Assembly (NCBI GenBank): GCA_049999805.1
Contig: JBNGIO010006236.1
Span: 168,164 to 203,631, forward strand
Source of the DNA: Folioceros fuciformis
Lineage: Eukaryota
Reading direction: 5' to 3'
Length of the DNA stretch: 35,468 bases
Shown here: one piece after another, positions 30,701-35,468 of the stretch
Layout: each line of letters starts with the position of its first letter
Numbering within the stretch: the first letter of the stretch is position 1
Program-made: the position numbers and the translations under genes
Notes under the pieces: model-generated
Told to the model about the DNA's origin: nothing
Seen by the model: only the letters and a program-made list of their open reading frames with translations
Database searches by the model: none

Positions 30701-33700
30701 ATAAAACACATGCAAGAACAATTCAGAGCAAAGGCTGGTCGTTCAGAGTGAGTGCATCATATTCAGGTGGAGATTGCTGCCTGTTTCTGACATTGCACCC
30801 TGAAATGTTTGAGTAACACTGGTTCTTTGATGTCAACATGCAGGTCAGTCTACTATGCTGCTTCAGATGTTGATATCTTAAGGCCGATGGTGGAGGTGTC
30901 TTGGGCTCCCATGCTTGCTGCTTTTAGTGTTCCCCTGGATCAAAGTGATGACGAGGTTGTAACCTATCAATGTCTTGAAGGTTTCCGGCATGCAGTTCAC
31001 ATCACTGCAGTCATGTGCATGAAGACTCAGCGTGATGCCTTTCTCACTTCGCTGGCAAAGTTCACATCTCTCCACTCAGCAGCTGATATCAAGCAAAAGA
31101 ACATTGATGCCATAAAGGCAAGTAGCAATCTCATGATTCTCAGAAGTAGCAACCTGATGGTTGTAAGCAGTCATTGTTTGGCACCTGGTCTACTGTCACA
31201 TGGCTTTCTAGAGATGCTGTCAGTTTGCATCTGGCGAGCAGGCTACCTTGTGCAGAAGCTAACGTATTACTCTGGTGACTGCTTGCAGGCCATCATTGCT
31301 ATCGCAGATGAAGATGGGAACTATTTGCAGGATGCCTGGGAGCATATCCTGACTTGTGTCTCTCGGTTTGAGCATCTTCACCTTATTGGTGAAGGGGCCC
31401 CACCTGACGCAACCTTTTTTGCAGCACCTCAGAGCGAGGCAGAGAAGCGGCAGATGCTAAAAACTCCTGTACTTCCAGTCTTGAGGCGGAAGAATCCTGG
31501 CAAACTTCAGTATGCTGCTGCTGCAGCCAGGCGAGGATCTTATGACAGTGCTGGAGTTGGCGGGCATGCTGCAGGGGTGGTCACAACAGAGCAGATGAAC
31601 AATCTAGTATCCAACTTGAACATGCTGGAGCAGATCGACAGCTTTGAGATGAATCGCATTTTTACCCGCAGTCAAAAGCTGAAGGGTGATGCCATTGTTG
31701 ACTTTGTAAAAGCACTTTGCAAGGTCTCCATGGAAGAACTGAGATCGCCCAGTGACCCACGTGTCTTCAGTCTGACAAAAATTGTTGAAATATCGTAAGG
31801 AATGCAACTTGGTTTGATCTTTTTCCTGCTGTTTGATAGAGCTTGTGGTCCAGAGACGAATTGATTCTCTGACCCTGACTGCTGAATGTTGTTCTGTTTC
31901 GTTTCTTTTTCTTTCGTAGGCACTTCAACATGACCAGAATAAGGCTTGTCTGGTCGCGAATTTGGAGTGTGTTGTCTGATTACTTCGTCATTCAAGGCTG
32001 TTCCGAAAATCTCTCTGTTGCTATGTATGCAATGGATTCCTTAAGACAATTGGCTATGAAATTCTTGGAGCGTGAGGAGCTCTCAAATTACAATTTTCAG
32101 AACGAGTTCATGAAGCCTTTTGTCATTGTCATGCGAAAGAGCAGTTCTGTGGAGATTCGGGAGCTTATAATACGCTGTGTTTCCCAAATGGTTTTTGCGC
32201 GGGTTGGAAGTGTGAAGTCAGGGTGGAAGATCATGTTCATGGTACAGTGTTTTCCGGTGCACTTACTACTGTGATTGTTTTTTAAGTGGAGTCTGGAGGC
32301 TGATGTTGACTCTTTCTGCTATTTTGGCTTGCAGGTTTTCACAACTGCTGCCACTGATGACCATAAGACGATCGTGCTACTGGCCTTTGAAACCATTGAG
32401 AAGATTGTCCGGGAATATTTCCCATATATAACTGAGACGGAGACTACAACATTCACGGATTGTGTGAATTGCCTCATTGCATTCACAAATAGTCGGTTCA
32501 ACAAGGACGTTAGCCTTAATGCCATTGCCTTTCTCCGATTCTGCGCCTTGAAATTGGCTGAGGGAGAACTCGGTTCTTCTGCTCAGTACAAAGAGAGTAA
32601 ACTGGCCAAGTCTTCCGGCATCTCCCCACGACTGTCAACAGAGTCCCCTACATTTACAGACAAGGATGATCATCTTTACTTTTGGTTCCCGTTGCTGGCA
32701 GGTATGCTTTGGGTAGTGAATGATGTTTAATGGGGTTGATGCAGGCTGGTTGTAGGAACATTCAGCCCTAGTTGTGAAGATCTTGTATGAGCTGAACAAC
32801 CTGCTGTGTGCAGGTCTATCTGAACTGACTTTTGACCCCCGACCCGACATTCGCAAAAGTGCGTTGGAGGTGCTTTTCGACACCCTTCGTTATCACGGAC
32901 ATATGTTCTCTTCTGGACTATGGGAGCGTGTTTTTGATTCGGTTCTATTTCCTATTTTTGATCATGTACGCCGAGCAACTGAGCCTGCAGCCTTGAGGCA
33001 GCAGCTGGAGGGTACCTCAGAGAAGGAAGCTGATGAAGTGGAAATGGATGCTTGGCTTTATGAAACTTGCACATTGGCTCTACAGCTCGTGGTGGATCTA
33101 TTTGTGAAATTTTACCCTGTAGTATGTACATTGCTGGGGAAAATCTTATCATTGTTGACTGGGTTCGTCAAAAGGCCACATCAGAATCTAGCAGGAATTG
33201 GAGTGGCTGCCTTTGTGAGGTTGATGAACAATGCTGGAAGTCTGTATACGGACGAGAACTGGGAAGAATCCTTGACAGCTTTGAAAGAAGCCGCTGTGGA
33301 CACCCTACCTGATTTGTGGAAGATGGTTGGAGTTTCGGTGTTTCCCATCTCTGCAGAGAAGGCAGTGGGAAGCAATGGAACCGGTACTGGTGAATCACTT
33401 GTCTCCGAAAATCACCTGGCAAATTTACAACTGTTTATTGCAGATGCAAGGTCTCGTGTTGCCGTTCAGACTCTGATCGTACAGGTAGGTGATTGTGCGA
33501 GGTGTCCATATCATTTGCATGATTGTCCTGGTGCTCTTTTTGATGTATCGGACAAGAGCTCTGAGTTGGTGGGTTGTGAGGGGTAGTGCGTTAATCAATA
33601 ATTCAATGTCTGTGCAGGCTGCCAATGAAATCTATGCCAAGCATGTAGTTCAACTACAGCCAGGTCACACGATGCTGCTGTTGGACACACTTCATATTGT

Positions 33701-34235
33701 GGCAAGGCATGCGCACAAACTGAATGGTGACCGAGAGCTTCGAACAAGACTGCATCCTCTGCGACAAAAGACACAGTTGCCGGATCCACCACTACTGCGC
33801 CTGGAAAATGAGGTTTATCAGGACTATCTGACAATGTTGCAGAACCTACGGGTGGATAAGCCTGACCTTGCAAAAGCAGTGGAGGTAGAGGTCCGCCTTG
33901 TGGAGATATGCGATGAGGTATTGAGATTGTACATTGATACTTCTGCAATTCGCACAGCTGACGATACAGTTGAGAATGGAAAGATAACGCAGCCATGTTG
34001 GCCTGTCCCTCTTGGGTCTGCTAGACGCCGAGAACTCTTGGCAAGAGCCCCGTTAGTGGTAGCAACCCTTCACGCTGTTAGTAACCTTAGAGACTCGTCT
34101 TTGGAGAGGCATCTTGTCCGCTTTTTCCCTCTTCTGGCTAAGCTAGTAGGCTGTGAACATGGATCCCCGGATGTGCAGTTAGCGCTGAGTGACATGTTTA
34201 CGTCCTGGATAGGACCCATATTGTTACAGGCTTGA
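27775..34235 (+). CDS. Brefeldin A-inhibited ARF guanine-nucleotide exchange factor (BIG1-4 clade, BIG2-like), 11 exons
   Basis: Exons 27775-29018, 29124-29441, 29526-29868, 29954-30376, 30455-30747, 30844-31117, 31289-31794, 31920-32241, 32335-32701, 32814-33484, 33618-34235. DCB, HUS box (FVNYDCD), Sec7 ([35 protein letters not shown]) and HDS segments ([23 protein letters not shown]). Confidence 0.95.
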
Positions 34236-35468
34236 CCTCCAGTAAAATCTCTTATTCTGACATCGGTCAGTGGCCCAAGGCTTGAGGCTGATAATTTGGC
34301 ATTCGGATGAGGGAAAAATCCTGTTGGTGTGATTACTGTGACATCCTATGTTGAAGATGCAGAGACAAGATTTGCAAGGGGGGTGGAATCCGTTCGATGG
34401 CCGTCGGGACAGTATTCGAGGGTTGTACGCATGTTGAAGAGCATCATGTTTGCGTTTTGGAGGCCTTTTGTGGCAGAGTACAGAGGGGGTGCGGCCTTTT
34501 ACAGTTGCATAAGTGCAGGACAGTAAAGCCACTGGGTCAGACAACGGTACAGAAACTTGAGAGGTACATGCCACGAGCAGCTCGGCTGTGCGTGACGATG
34601 TGTTGTGGTGAGTGTTTTATGTAGCTTGTTTGCAGAGGGAAGTACCGAAGCGTCTGCTTCGGTCGCTGTGTGGAGGCAGCCATGTGTGTTAGCACTGAGG
34701 CATTTCTTTTAGTTTCGTTGGATTGACCAAGCCTGCTCATAATTACAGGAAGTAGGCGTATATTTGTTGTCCATGGTTGGCAGTTAGAGAAAAATTTAGG
34801 TTGATTCCCTTTTGTCTGGTGGCCTTGCGTAATCGTGTATTCCTCCTCCTGCTCAGTTGCTGGGTTGTTAACAGCCTGTGGCGCATGGAGTGGTAGGAAA
34901 GTTTTGTGGCGCCTTCATGATTGTGGAATGGGTGTAGTCGAGGCGGCCGGTATCTCCTGTCGCTCACTGGAGGGTGGCGCAATGCATAGGCAAGGAAGTG
35001 GCAATGAGGCTTGTATTGGAGAGTCATGGACTCGGCCGCACCCTAGGGGGGTGCACGAGATTCTTTTTCCACACCCTTTTACGTCACGAAAATGTTTTGA
35101 GATGGTTGACGCGCACCAACGGACATGGATGCCATGCATTCATGGCCATCAAGATACCTTGTGAAGCACAGAGACAAGTATGCATGTGGGCAGTATCCAA
35201 GGATGCGGAAATGTTTGAAACTCGGGATGCGTGAATTTTTGTAAAGATATAGAATTGTTGGGGCCCCGGGGGGCGCGCGCTTGGGAGGGGACAGGTGGGT
35301 GAACCGAGGGGAGAAAATCCGATTCCAAGATTCATACATACATGCGCCGACCTGCGTTTGACGTTCACAGCAGAGCAGAGGAGGCGACATGAAAGGACGT
35401 GGGTGATGATGCTGTTTGTACTTGGGGTGTCACAGCCTGTGGTCACAGAGTCACAGGATGTATGTATG

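Noticed and set aside
34236-35468. ORFs and a G-run cluster (~35260-35310) after BIG
   Set aside because: No recognisable protein; the G-runs are irregular and fit ordinary GC-rich promoter-like sequence.

Overview
Eukaryotic nuclear DNA from a non-seed land plant with a very compact genome (introns about 80-190 nt, short intergenic spacers). A hornwort (Anthoceros-like) is the best inference from the PPR motif types; this was not checked by a search. Gene order: glutathione synthetase GSH2 (-, 12 exons, one U12 AT-AC intron); an intronless PLS-class PPR E+ gene whose L motifs carry a repeated ~16-aa insert (+); GUN1 PPR-SMR (+, 5 coding exons); PP2A activator PTPA (-); a CAT2/3/4-type cationic amino acid transporter (-, 14 exons) followed by a 100-N assembly gap; plastid ribosomal protein L29 (-); an AT-rich spacer; an intronless PLS-PPR gene with a homogeneous 306-bp tandem array and a variant DYW:KP (GRP-type) domain (+); a decayed BAC2-like mitochondrial carrier fragment (-); and a BIG-family Sec7 ARF-GEF (+, 11 exons, two GC-AG introns). 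The most notable element is the PPR-DYW:KP gene, a candidate natural reverse (U-to-C) organellar RNA editor whose target can be predicted from its repeat code. Exon boundaries were read by hand. No tRNA, rRNA, CRISPR array or intact transposon was seen.
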